A stretch of 64,000 nt of DNA, taken from Candidatus Komeilibacteria bacterium (GTDB taxonomy: Bacteria; Patescibacteriota; Patescibacteriia; UBA1558). The stretch spans positions 7,567-71,566 of the forward strand of contig JBLYPW010000004.1 of assembly GCA_048538275.1 (NCBI GenBank), in the 5' to 3' direction. This document shows, in pieces, positions 39,840 to 49,734 of this stretch. Under the pieces are notes generated by a model. It saw nothing but the letters and a program-made list of their open reading frames with translations, did no database searches and was not told the DNA's origin. Both the position numbers and the translations under genes were made by a program. The stretch's first letter is position 1, and each line of letters starts with the position of its first letter.

Positions 39840-40862
39840 TTAGGTTGCTTTGCTGGACAGCGCTTTTTTAAATTCATCAACCCAGGGTATAGCTATCGGA
39901 TCAACCTTATTAGCAACACTTATATGATAGCACAAATATGAACCAGATTGCAAAGTGGAAAAACTATCATGTAATAAACTATCGCCTGTTACTGTCATTT
40001 CCGCCCAGGCGACCTTCTGACGACTAAGAATATTTTGTGTCAATCTTATTCTTTTTTGTATTTCCTCACTATAATTTGAAGAATTTAAGAAAATTACCTG
40101 CAAATACTGTTTGATCACCGCTCGCGGTACTTGTAATGCCTCTAGCCAGTGGTGATTTAAATCCGGTAATGTTAACCACCAAGCTAATTGTTTAGCGGTT
40201 TCATTAACTTGGTTGGCTAAAATATGCGCATTACCAATCAAATGTTCGGCACCAACAAGTAATAAGGCTTTGCCTGCTACCGCCTTACCTAATTTAGCAA
40301 TTGCCTGATCGTCTGCCAATGTTTGATTGGCCTGTAAAAATTTTTTATCAGCTAGGCTGACTAATTTGGCTTTTTTTAAAACTTGTAAAAAAGCACCAAT
40401 GGAATAACCCAAGCCCCAACGCGGCTGCTTGGATGGATTAAAATTATCGCCCCATATTAAGCCGGGCACGCCTTGTTTGTGCAGAGCCGCCAGCTTGCCG
40501 CCGCCACTCAAAACATACCCCTTCAACTTCTTTTGTTTGACTTCATTTGCGCAACTTAAAACCTCTGCTGTGTTACCAGAATAGCTGGCTAAAACCACTA
40601 GGGTTTGTTTATTAACAAAGCCGGGCAAAGTATAGTCTGGCCTTAAAATTATAGGCACCTTAATCTGATCGCCTAAAACGTGGCGCACCAAATCATAACC
40701 AATATTAGAGCCGCCCATACCACAAATAACAACATTGCGAAAATTCTTATATCCGACCGGCCAGTCTGCTTCGGCTGTCTGTTGCCACCCCTGTTCTAAT
40801 TGCGCAGGAAGCAATCCAATAGACTGATAAACGCTGGCTTGTTGTTGAGAAACTTTATTCAT
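39840..40862 (-). CDS. Bifunctional phosphoglucose/phosphomannose isomerase (SIS)
   Basis: GMGGS, SYSGNTAE, QPR, NETAK, DLNHH, DPIAIPWVDEFK. Confidence 0.9.
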   Translation of the reverse strand: MNKVSQQQASVYQSIGLLPAQLEQGWQQTAEADWPVGYKNFRNVVICGMGGSNIGYDLVRHVLGDQIKVPIILRPDYTLPGFVNKQTLVVLASYSGNTAEVLSCANEVKQKKLKGYVLSGGGKLAALHKQGVPGLIWGDNFNPSKQPRWGLGYSIGAFLQVLKKAKLVSLADKKFLQANQTLADDQAIAKLGKAVAGKALLLVGAEHLIGNAHILANQVNETAKQLAWWLTLPDLNHHWLEALQVPRAVIKQYLQVIFLNSSNYSEEIQKRIRLTQNILSRQKVAWAEMTVTGDSLLHDSFSTLQSGSYLCYHISVANKVDPIAIPWVDEFKKALSSKAT

Positions 40863-40982
40863 ATTAGTATTGTAATGCATTTAAACAAAACACTCAATAA
40901 TCACCGGCTTAAAAACATTGATTTTTTACTCATTTTCCGCTACAATTTAATAAGTTTAAGTTTTATCAGCACAATAAAAACC

Positions 40983-41690
40983 ATGTCTGGACACTCAAAA
41001 TGGGCCACTACCAAACGTCAAAAAGCATCTGCCGACGCCAAACGCAGCAATCTTTTTACCAAACTAGCAAAAAACATTGCTATTGCCGCGCGCGACGGCA
41101 GCGATCCGGAGACCAATTTTAAACTTCGCATTGCCATAGACCGAGCCAAAAAGCTAAGCCTGCCTAAAGACAATATAGAGAGAGCCATAAAAAATGGCAG
41201 TGGCGAATTGACCGGCCAACAAATTGAAGAAATTCTCTACGAAGCTTATGCTCCGGATGGCATCGCGTTACTTATAGCCACTATTACTGACAACAAAAAT
41301 CGCACCGTTAGTGAAATTAAACACCTGCTGACAAAAGCTGGCGGTAGTTTGGGTAGCAGCGGCAGTGTTTTGTGGATGTTTACTAGGCGTGGCGTAATTT
41401 ATTTAAACGATTCTAACTTAAAAGAAGAGCAGGAGTTGGCGCTAATAGATGCCGGCGCCATTGATATTGATCGAAACGAAGACAAGATAATAATTTATAC
41501 TTCTGATACAGACTTTAAGGCCGTAGAAGAAGTGGCCCGCAATGCAAAACTAGATATTGATGATAGCGACCTAGAATATATTGCCAAGGACATTGTTGTC
41601 CCGCCACAACCAGATAAAATAACTAAATTAATGGATCAGCTAGATGAGCTAGATGACGTACAAAACGTCTATACTAATGCTGATGTTTAA
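40983..41690 (+). CDS. yebC: YebC/PmpR-family protein
   Basis: MSGHSKW, DPETNFKLR, TDNKNRT, LDDVQNVYTN. Confidence 0.96.
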   Translation: MSGHSKWATTKRQKASADAKRSNLFTKLAKNIAIAARDGSDPETNFKLRIAIDRAKKLSLPKDNIERAIKNGSGELTGQQIEEILYEAYAPDGIALLIATITDNKNRTVSEIKHLLTKAGGSLGSSGSVLWMFTRRGVIYLNDSNLKEEQELALIDAGAIDIDRNEDKIIIYTSDTDFKAVEEVARNAKLDIDDSDLEYIAKDIVVPPQPDKITKLMDQLDELDDVQNVYTNADV

Positions 41691-41692
41691 AA

Positions 41693-42193
41693 ATGACTAA
41701 TAGGCCAGCAAAAAAACGCATACTCGGAATTGATCCCGGCTTCGCTGATACTGGTTTTGGCATTTTAGAGTTCTCAGGAAATAACGTCCTTACCATTGAC
41801 TATGGCTCAATCAAAACCGCCGCCGGCCAACCTTTTCCGGACAGACTAATATATATTTACGATCAAGTTGCTAGTCTAATAAAAAACTACAAACCCTCTC
41901 ACTTGGCAATTGAGGATTTATTTTTCTATAAAAACATAACTACCGCCATCAAGGTCAGTCAGGCGCGCGGCGTGGTGCTGCTTGCCGCCCGACAAAAAAA
42001 ATTAACTATTAGCAACCATAGCCCCTTACAAGTAAAACAATCTTTAACTGGCTGGGGCGGAGCAGACAAAAAACAAATGGGAAAAATGATAAAAACCGTC
42101 TTGCATTTAGAGAAAGTGCCCACCCCTGATGATGCCGCCGACGCCCTGGCAATAGCTTGGTGTGCTGGCGCTAACCTAATCATTAAAAAATAA
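41693..42193 (+). CDS. ruvC: Crossover junction endodeoxyribonuclease RuvC
   Basis: ILGIDPG, AIEDLFF, QARGV, PDDAADALAIA. Confidence 0.97.
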   Translation: MTNRPAKKRILGIDPGFADTGFGILEFSGNNVLTIDYGSIKTAAGQPFPDRLIYIYDQVASLIKNYKPSHLAIEDLFFYKNITTAIKVSQARGVVLLAARQKKLTISNHSPLQVKQSLTGWGGADKKQMGKMIKTVLHLEKVPTPDDAADALAIAWCAGANLIIKK

Positions 42194-42194
42194 A

Positions 42195-43664
42195 ATGCCC
42201 AAATCGCTTAAAATAGCACAAATCGCCTCTGAAGTTGCTCCTTATTCTAAAAGTGGTGGCTTGGGCGTGGTAGCTCGATCTCTGCCCAAGGCCATAAAAA
42301 GACTAGGGCACGACGTAGTGGTAATTACCCCTTTTTATGAAAAGGTGATAAACAAAGAACAATACAATCTGCGTTTAATAAAAGAAGGGTGGGATATTAA
42401 AATTGATAAAAAAAATACCGTCAAGGTAGATGTTTATCGTGGCTGGCTTATGGAAGGTTTGCCCATCTACTTTATTGGTAATAAACAATATTTCTCCAAA
42501 AAAAAGTCCCTCTATGGCTCAAAAAATGAAAATGCCCGTTTTTATTTGTTTGATTTAGCGGCCTTAGAACTATTAAAAATGATTAACTACGCGCCAGATA
42601 TTATACATTGTCACGATTGGCACAGTGGCCTGGTTCCAGAATTGCTACAAGAACGCTATAAAAAAGACAAAAACTTCCATTCCACAGCCACTCTATACAC
42701 CATACACAATTTAATGTATCAGCTGGGACACGACTGGTGGTCCATTCCCAGCCGCTTGCGCGACGATGGTAAGGCACCATTACCATTGTTTAATGAAAAT
42801 TCTATAGAGCGCATCAACTTCGTCAAGCGCGCCATTCTAAGAGCTGATCTTATCAATGCCGTATCCGAAAATTATGCTGTAGAAATAATGACCAAGGACT
42901 TTGGCGAAGACTTGCACATTATTCTTAAAAATAGGCAGGCCAAGCTTTTTGGCATTGTTAATGGTATTGACTATGACGTCTATAATCCTGAAAAAGATCC
43001 CGGTATAATCCGTAATTATAATTATAAAAAAATTCAACATAAAGCTGATAACAAGGCTTGGCTGCAAAAATTTCTTTCTTTGCCCGTTCGTTTAGAAACC
43101 CCCGTAATAGCCATGGTGACTAGAATCACGGAGCAAAAAGGCTTTGATTTGTTAGACAAAATTATTGAGCCGCTATTAACACAGCCACTACAAATAGCTA
43201 TTTTGGGCGGGGGCGACAAAAAACTTATTAGCTCACTAAAAAAAATCCAAAAAAACTACCCCGACCAACTGGGTATTTATCCCAAATTTACCTCCAAATA
43301 TGAAACGTCTTTTTATGCTGGGTCCGACATGCTACTCATGCCTTCCCGTTTTGAACCATGTGGTTTGGGACAATTAATTTCATTGCGTTATGGCAGCGTG
43401 CCGATCGTCCGAGCGACCGGCGGGTTGGCCGACACCGTACAAAACTTCAACCCTAAAAACGAATCTGGCAATGGTTTTGTCTTTAATAATTATAGCAGTA
43501 AAGAATTATTAATCGCCATTATTCGCGCTTTGGAAAATTATAAACATTCTCGTGCCTGGAAAAACCTAGTAATAAAAGGCATGAAAATATCAAATTCTTG
43601 GGAGATACCAGCACAAAAATATGAAGTCTTGTATAATAAAGCTATTAAAGAAGCAAATGAATAA
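42195..43664 (+). CDS. glgA: Glycogen/starch synthase (GT5)
   Basis: KSGGL, HCHDWH, NGID, RITEQKG, PSRFEPCGLGQ, TGGLADTV. Confidence 0.95.
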   Translation: MPKSLKIAQIASEVAPYSKSGGLGVVARSLPKAIKRLGHDVVVITPFYEKVINKEQYNLRLIKEGWDIKIDKKNTVKVDVYRGWLMEGLPIYFIGNKQYFSKKKSLYGSKNENARFYLFDLAALELLKMINYAPDIIHCHDWHSGLVPELLQERYKKDKNFHSTATLYTIHNLMYQLGHDWWSIPSRLRDDGKAPLPLFNENSIERINFVKRAILRADLINAVSENYAVEIMTKDFGEDLHIILKNRQAKLFGIVNGIDYDVYNPEKDPGIIRNYNYKKIQHKADNKAWLQKFLSLPVRLETPVIAMVTRITEQKGFDLLDKIIEPLLTQPLQIAILGGGDKKLISSLKKIQKNYPDQLGIYPKFTSKYETSFYAGSDMLLMPSRFEPCGLGQLISLRYGSVPIVRATGGLADTVQNFNPKNESGNGFVFNNYSSKELLIAIIRALENYKHSRAWKNLVIKGMKISNSWEIPAQKYEVLYNKAIKEANE

Positions 43665-44799
43665 TTTCTTGTATATACTATATTTATGGTCTCACCGACT
43701 ACTCGGTCGTTTTTGGTTTAAGGAAGAAAAACAATTTATCGCCACTCCCGCTGAAAAATTAGCAGCTCTTAGCATACTAAAACAGGGGTTGGTAGAAAAA
43801 TATTTAAAACGTCATGCGCAGCGAATATTACCTGACTTTTCTCAGTGGGAAAAACTGACTCAAGTAATAATAAAAAATCATCAGGGCAAAAAAAACGTCA
43901 CTTGTGTGGTGCGGTATGAACTACTTTATGTAAACAATAAAGGGCAGCAAAAAAAAGCCGATATTTATTTTAATAGCAGTAGTGATAATTCTCGTCGCCA
44001 CGCTTGGGACTGTCTGACCAATTTAAATGGCCTAAAATTTTCTACCGACCACTGGCAAATTATTAAACCTTATGACTATGTTCCTTATTGGCAATGTCTG
44101 GTCTACTTGGGCGCGCCCGGTCGCAGCTTATTATTCTATACTCAAAACACCTCTCTTAGCCTGACTCCTTTTATACGATTAGCGGCTGGCTGGTTAAAAC
44201 ACCTGCACAATCTTCCTGGCCGACCTTCTTCCGCTTGGCAAAAAAAATACATCTATCAAATGATTCCGCGACCCAGTTTTCTTGCCTGGCGCATAACAAA
44301 AGTCTTCGGTTCGTGGGGGCGTCGCTCTCGTCGCACATTATTAACCGCCATTCGTTTGGAAAAAAAATGGGGACATGCCAAAACAAACAACACCATGCTT
44401 TGCGGCGATTATCACCCCGCCAATATCATCTTCGCCTCCTCCAATCCAAAATCAGTAACAATTATAGATTATGCTGACATGAGCCTGGGGGATAGTCATA
44501 GAGACTTAGGCACCTTTTTACAACAATTTAGTTGGATGGCTAGAATGCATCGCGACAAACAACAAATCTATTATTATAAACGTATTTTTTTGGAAACTTA
44601 TTTCGGTTGCGCTTATCATGACATACCTCTAGACTCTTTTCGTAGAATAAATCTTTATCAGGCTTGGACAGCCCTCCGATCGGCGGTTTTTATTTTCTTA
44701 ATGGAGGGGTCAGGACGATTGGTTTTTGAGTTAATTGATGATGCAGAAAAATATATAAACAAAATTGAAATCAACGCAAAAACTGTCAATATAAAATAA
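43657..44799 (+). CDS. APH/choline-kinase-fold phosphotransferase
   Basis: GWLKHLH, CGDYHPANII, IIDY, DLGTF; overlaps both neighbours. Confidence 0.8.
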   Translation: MNNFLYILYLWSHRLLGRFWFKEEKQFIATPAEKLAALSILKQGLVEKYLKRHAQRILPDFSQWEKLTQVIIKNHQGKKNVTCVVRYELLYVNNKGQQKKADIYFNSSSDNSRRHAWDCLTNLNGLKFSTDHWQIIKPYDYVPYWQCLVYLGAPGRSLLFYTQNTSLSLTPFIRLAAGWLKHLHNLPGRPSSAWQKKYIYQMIPRPSFLAWRITKVFGSWGRRSRRTLLTAIRLEKKWGHAKTNNTMLCGDYHPANIIFASSNPKSVTIIDYADMSLGDSHRDLGTFLQQFSWMARMHRDKQQIYYYKRIFLETYFGCAYHDIPLDSFRRINLYQAWTALRSAVFIFLMEGSGRLVFELIDDAEKYINKIEINAKTVNIK

Positions 44800-46544
44800 T
44801 GAGCTTCCCCAAAAACAACTCCACGGAAAAAAAGGCGCAAATAGCCTATTTTTCCATGGAAATAGGTATTAGCCACGAGTTGCCAACTTATGCTGGAGGA
44901 TTGGGTGTATTGGCTGGCGACCTTTTAAAATCATATGCTGATTTGAACATTCCGTTTGTAGGCGTGACTCTTTTAAACGAAAAAGGATATTTTCGCCAGT
45001 CTATAGACGACTCTGGAAAACAAATAGAATCGGACTTGAGCTGGCCAATACGAAAATACATGAAACTAATGCCCCACAAGGTTACCGTTTCTATTGCTGG
45101 TAGACCGGTTATTGTGCGCGCCTGGAAACATCTTATTAATGGTCAGGCTGGTAACCGCAGTCCAATATTTTTCTTAGATACAAACTGCTCTGAAAATAGC
45201 GATGCGGATAAAAAATTGACCAGCCACCTTTATGGCGGCGACCGTCAATACCGCCTCGCTCAAGAAATTGTTTTGGGGGTAGGCGGACTGCGCATGCTCA
45301 AAGCTCTGGGTTATTATGATATACAAAAATATCATCTCAATGAAGGACACGCCGCTCTCCTAGCCATTGAACTACTACATGGATTAAGTAGCGACAAAGA
45401 GCAAGAAGAAAAAACCATCGCCACCGTTAAAGACCGTTGCGTGTTCACTACCCACACTCCCGTAGCCGCAGGGCATGATCAATTTACTCAAACGCTTTGG
45501 CGAAAATTGTTAGGCGATTTTGTGCCGCCAAGTATATACAAAAAAATTATCACTCCAGAAAAAAAAGTAAGCATGACTTTATTAGCGCTCACTATGAGTA
45601 CTTATATAAACGGAGTGGCCAAACAGCACGCCCGAGTCACCAGAGAAATGTTTCCCAGCTATCATATAAACAGCATAACCAATGGCGTCCACCCTCCCTC
45701 TTGGACATCCCCCGCATGGTCCGATCTTTTTGACAAAAACCTGTCGGGCTGGCGCCTAGATCCCCACATTCTTAGAAACGCTCTGATTATAAACAACCAA
45801 GCTGTTTGGCGCGCTCATCAACTCAGCAAACAAGCACTTTTGAAAGAAATAGAAAAAAGTTGCGGTCAAAAATATGACCAAAACACTTTTACGCTTGGTT
45901 TTGCTCGTCGTTTTACGGCTTATAAGCGACCAGATTTATTATTTTTTGACCTTGAACGATTAAAAAACATTGCCGCAAGACACGGTGGCTTACAATTGGT
46001 ATTTGCTGGCAAGGCACACGCTCAAGACAGGCAAGGAAAAAAACTAATTAACAATATAAACAAATTAGCCTTGCAGCTACGTCAAGAGCAAGGGCTATTA
46101 CGTTTGGTTTTTTTACCTCAATATGATATGCGCTTGGCTAAATTAATGGTATCTGGATCTGACGCCTGGCTAAACACCCCTCAGCTTCCCTACGAAGCTT
46201 CTGGAACCTCGGGCATGAAAGCCGCCCTCAATGGCGTTCCTCATTTTTCTACCATAGATGGTTGGTGGTTAGAGGGTTTATTAGAAGGTTTGACCGGCTG
46301 GGGCATTGGCGCTCATCCTCAAGACAAAAACATTAGTTTTGCTGGCGATATTGATCCTGAGCCCGACGCCAACAGTCTATATAAAAAACTTGATGCTGTT
46401 ATTTTGCCTCTTTTTTATAAAAATAACAGCGCTTGGATTAATATCATGAAACACTGTATTGCTATAAACGGTAGTTTTTTCAATACTTATCGTATGGCGC
46501 AACAATACTTAACCAATGCCTACTTAGCCCAATCCGACGAATAG
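44799..46544 (+). CDS. glgP: Alpha-glucan phosphorylase
   Basis: YFSME, GGLGVLAGD, HLNEGH, FTTHT, GFARRFTAYKR, EASGTSGMK (PLP lysine). Confidence 0.95.
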   Translation: MSFPKNNSTEKKAQIAYFSMEIGISHELPTYAGGLGVLAGDLLKSYADLNIPFVGVTLLNEKGYFRQSIDDSGKQIESDLSWPIRKYMKLMPHKVTVSIAGRPVIVRAWKHLINGQAGNRSPIFFLDTNCSENSDADKKLTSHLYGGDRQYRLAQEIVLGVGGLRMLKALGYYDIQKYHLNEGHAALLAIELLHGLSSDKEQEEKTIATVKDRCVFTTHTPVAAGHDQFTQTLWRKLLGDFVPPSIYKKIITPEKKVSMTLLALTMSTYINGVAKQHARVTREMFPSYHINSITNGVHPPSWTSPAWSDLFDKNLSGWRLDPHILRNALIINNQAVWRAHQLSKQALLKEIEKSCGQKYDQNTFTLGFARRFTAYKRPDLLFFDLERLKNIAARHGGLQLVFAGKAHAQDRQGKKLINNINKLALQLRQEQGLLRLVFLPQYDMRLAKLMVSGSDAWLNTPQLPYEASGTSGMKAALNGVPHFSTIDGWWLEGLLEGLTGWGIGAHPQDKNISFAGDIDPEPDANSLYKKLDAVILPLFYKNNSAWINIMKHCIAINGSFFNTYRMAQQYLTNAYLAQSDE

Positions 46545-46668
46545 TGATTTTTAAAGCCAAATATACCCAACTAGGCTTTAAATCCTTAAATAATCAAGGG
46601 TGCAAAACCAGGCACACAATTGTGAAAATTTGCCACCCTTGGTAAAATAAAATAGCTAAAAATATTAA

Positions 46669-49593
46669 ATGCCAATACCTCAACTAAAAATAAAGTCTCC
46701 GCGTCATTGGGAAAAAAACTCGGACAAACCAAAGAAAAAAAGGAATAGTGGTCATAGAAAGCCGTCTCCCAAAAATAAACCAAGTTCTCGCTCCCAACAA
46801 CCACGCTTGCCAAAAAAAAACACGCTGGCCTTGGGTTCTTTATGGAAAAAATCTTGGCGCCCTCTCTTGCGCTGGGGCGTTCGTCTAATAATCCTGGGCT
46901 TACTTGTTTTGGTGGGGGCTTTTGTTTATTATTCCAAAGACCTGCCCAACCCCAATAAAATCATTGAGCGCAATATTGCACAAAGTACAAAAATTTATGA
47001 CAAGACCGGAACCAATTTGCTTTATGAAATAGCCGGCGACCAAAAACGTACTCTGATAGAGCTTTCCGCTATTCCTACCTATTCTATTCAAGCGACCATT
47101 GCGGTAGAAGATAAAAACTTCTATGATCATGGCGGCATCTCTTTTACCGGCATAATTCGCTCTATTATAGTTGACATATTACGCGGTGGTAAAGTACAAG
47201 GAGGATCCACTCTAACACAACAATTAGTCAAAAACGCCATTCTCACTCCCGAAAAAAAAATCTCTAGAAAAATAAAAGAGCTGGTATTATCTTACCGCAT
47301 AGAAAAAAAGTTCAGTAAGGACGAGATACTAAAAATGTACTTTAACGAAATTCCTTATGGTTCAAACGCTTATGGAATAGAGGCGGCTGCCAATTATTAT
47401 TTTGGCAAGTCCGCTGCTGATTTAACTTTAGCGGAAAGCGCCGTGCTCGCGGCCCTTCCCCAAGCGCCGTCATACTATTCACCATACGGCTCTAATCGCA
47501 ACGCTCTCATTACGCGCCAGCATTATGTACTAAATCAAATGGCTGGCCAAGGCTATATCACCAAAGAACAAGCCGAACAAGCGAAACAAGAATCGTTATC
47601 TTTTAAAGATCGCCTTACTAACATCACCGCGCCCCATTTTGTTTTGTATGTCAAAGAATATTTAGCCAATAAATATGGCGACCAGTTGGTTGAACAGGGC
47701 GGCTTAAAAATAATCACCACCCTTGATCTAAAGGCTCAAATAGCTGCCGAAAACGCCATTAACGAGCAAGCCGACACCAATGAGCGCTATCAGGCGTCAA
47801 ATGCCGCCTTGGTGGCTATTGACGTGCCTACGGGGCAAATATTAGCGATGGTCGGCTCCAAAGATTATTTTAACGACAATATAGATGGCCAAGTAAACGT
47901 TGCCGTGCAACCGCGCCAACCCGGCAGCTCATTTAAACCCCTGGTGTACCTAACCGGCTTTACTAGGGGCTATACTCCGGATAGCTTATTGTTTGATCTT
48001 AACACTTCATTTCGTGCTGAACCAAAAAGCTATGAACCAAAAAATTATGACTTAGCAGAGCATGGTCCGGTGTCTATCCGTCAGGCGCTGGCCGGTTCTC
48101 TTAACATTCCAGCGGTTAAGATGATTTATCTGGCCAATATTGGTAATGTTTTAGATTTGGCTGACAATTTTGGTTATACAACTCTAAACGACCGCTCCCG
48201 CTTTGGACTGTCTTTAGTTTTGGGCGGCGGAGAAGTCAAATTATTGGAACATGTCAATGCTTATGCGGCCCTAGCTCGGGAAGGGGTGTGGTTGCCTTAT
48301 TATTCTCTACTAAAAGTGGAGGATGCAAACGGCAACACGCTGGAAGAATACAAAGAAAACAAAGGAGAAAAAATAATAGACGCTAATTATGTCCGCATGT
48401 TAAATGATGTTTTATCAGACAACGGCGCTCGTGCCTATGTATTTGGCACCAATAATTATCTAACCCTGCCGGAGCGTCCAGTAGCGGCCAAGACCGGGAC
48501 CACAGACAACTATCGTGATGCCTGGACGGTCGGCTTCACGCCCAACCAAGTTGCCGCTGGCGTATGGGTCGGAAACAATAATAATGATGAAATGAAACGC
48601 GGCGCCGCTGGCGGCGTTGTCGCCGCGCCTATTTGGCAAAAGTTCTTAAGCGCCTATCTTGAAAACGCACCAATAAAAACCTTCACCAAGCCCCAATACA
48701 CCAATGCGAATAAACCAATGATTGGTGGTTATCTTGAAGGTGGAGACAAGATAAAAATAGATAAGATTTCTGGCAAATTGGCAACCGAATACACTCCGGC
48801 AGAAACCACAGAAGAAAAAACCTTCAAAGAAATTCACAATATTTTAGAATATGTTGATCGCGCCGATCCTTTGGGGCCTGCACCATCAAGCCCTGGGCAA
48901 GACTACCAATATGATGCTTGGGAGGACCCTGTACGCACCTGGACAGAAAAACAAAACTTTATAGCTGAGTCGCCTCCTACTGAATATGACGACATTCACT
49001 TGCCTGGCGACAAACCCTATATTTCTATAATAGAGCCGCGCGAGGGTACCACAATAAAATCTGGTCAAGTTGTTATTACTGTTAATGCTGGCGCTCCCCG
49101 CGGCGCGCAAGAAGTAAAATTTTATTTAGATGATAAGCTTATTGGTTCTAGTACCAATAGTCCTTTCAATTATACTTATATTATTTCCCCTGCCATTGCC
49201 AACGGACCGCACGTATTGTCTGCTAAGGTATATGATGATGTTTTAAACAATAATTTAGCTAGCATAAACTTGGTTTTTGATCGTGAAGAATATATAAAAA
49301 TGAACTGGCTAAGTCCCAGCAGCGGAACAACTCTCACTACTAGTGATTTTCCTTTCGTCTTAGAATTGGGGCTAGAAAATCCCGACATAATAAGACAAAT
49401 AGATTTTTATTATCGTTTGGCTGATAACAGCCAGTCTCATTGGCTCGGGTTTGTAAAGCAACCATTAACCAATCCCATTACCCTGACGTGGGACAATAAG
49501 CCTAACAACGGAGTATACAAGGTATACCCAGTTTTCACTGATGTGCAAGGCAATGTCGTACAAGGAAAAAACATCACTGCGAGCATTGAATAA
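46669..49593 (+). CDS. Class A penicillin-binding protein with C-terminal Ig-like domains
   Basis: TG motifs EDKNF, GGSTLTQQ, RKIKE; TP motifs SSFK, SLN, KTGT; Big-like tail. Confidence 0.95.
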   Translation: MPIPQLKIKSPRHWEKNSDKPKKKRNSGHRKPSPKNKPSSRSQQPRLPKKNTLALGSLWKKSWRPLLRWGVRLIILGLLVLVGAFVYYSKDLPNPNKIIERNIAQSTKIYDKTGTNLLYEIAGDQKRTLIELSAIPTYSIQATIAVEDKNFYDHGGISFTGIIRSIIVDILRGGKVQGGSTLTQQLVKNAILTPEKKISRKIKELVLSYRIEKKFSKDEILKMYFNEIPYGSNAYGIEAAANYYFGKSAADLTLAESAVLAALPQAPSYYSPYGSNRNALITRQHYVLNQMAGQGYITKEQAEQAKQESLSFKDRLTNITAPHFVLYVKEYLANKYGDQLVEQGGLKIITTLDLKAQIAAENAINEQADTNERYQASNAALVAIDVPTGQILAMVGSKDYFNDNIDGQVNVAVQPRQPGSSFKPLVYLTGFTRGYTPDSLLFDLNTSFRAEPKSYEPKNYDLAEHGPVSIRQALAGSLNIPAVKMIYLANIGNVLDLADNFGYTTLNDRSRFGLSLVLGGGEVKLLEHVNAYAALAREGVWLPYYSLLKVEDANGNTLEEYKENKGEKIIDANYVRMLNDVLSDNGARAYVFGTNNYLTLPERPVAAKTGTTDNYRDAWTVGFTPNQVAAGVWVGNNNNDEMKRGAAGGVVAAPIWQKFLSAYLENAPIKTFTKPQYTNANKPMIGGYLEGGDKIKIDKISGKLATEYTPAETTEEKTFKEIHNILEYVDRADPLGPAPSSPGQDYQYDAWEDPVRTWTEKQNFIAESPPTEYDDIHLPGDKPYISIIEPREGTTIKSGQVVITVNAGAPRGAQEVKFYLDDKLIGSSTNSPFNYTYIISPAIANGPHVLSAKVYDDVLNNNLASINLVFDREEYIKMNWLSPSSGTTLTTSDFPFVLELGLENPDIIRQIDFYYRLADNSQSHWLGFVKQPLTNPITLTWDNKPNNGVYKVYPVFTDVQGNVVQGKNITASIE

Positions 49594-49613
49594 ATTTCCT
49601 AAAGCCAAGTACC

Positions 49614-49645
49614 CAAAAACCGACTCTGAAAGCCGGTTTTTTGTT
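49614..49645. terminator. Bidirectional terminator between PBP and dnaN
   Basis: AAAAACCGACT..AGCCGGTTTTT. Confidence 0.7.
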
Positions 49646-49734
49646 GGGTAGCCCCCATGCCTGAGAACTATATCTTAAAAGGTAGTTATGAGTCCCCTAT
49701 TAAAAGAAAACCCACACACCCCCCTTAAGTAAAA

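Noticed and set aside
10346-42193. ruvA and ruvC separated, ruvB absent
   Set aside because: Split ruv genes are common; ruvB may lie outside the window
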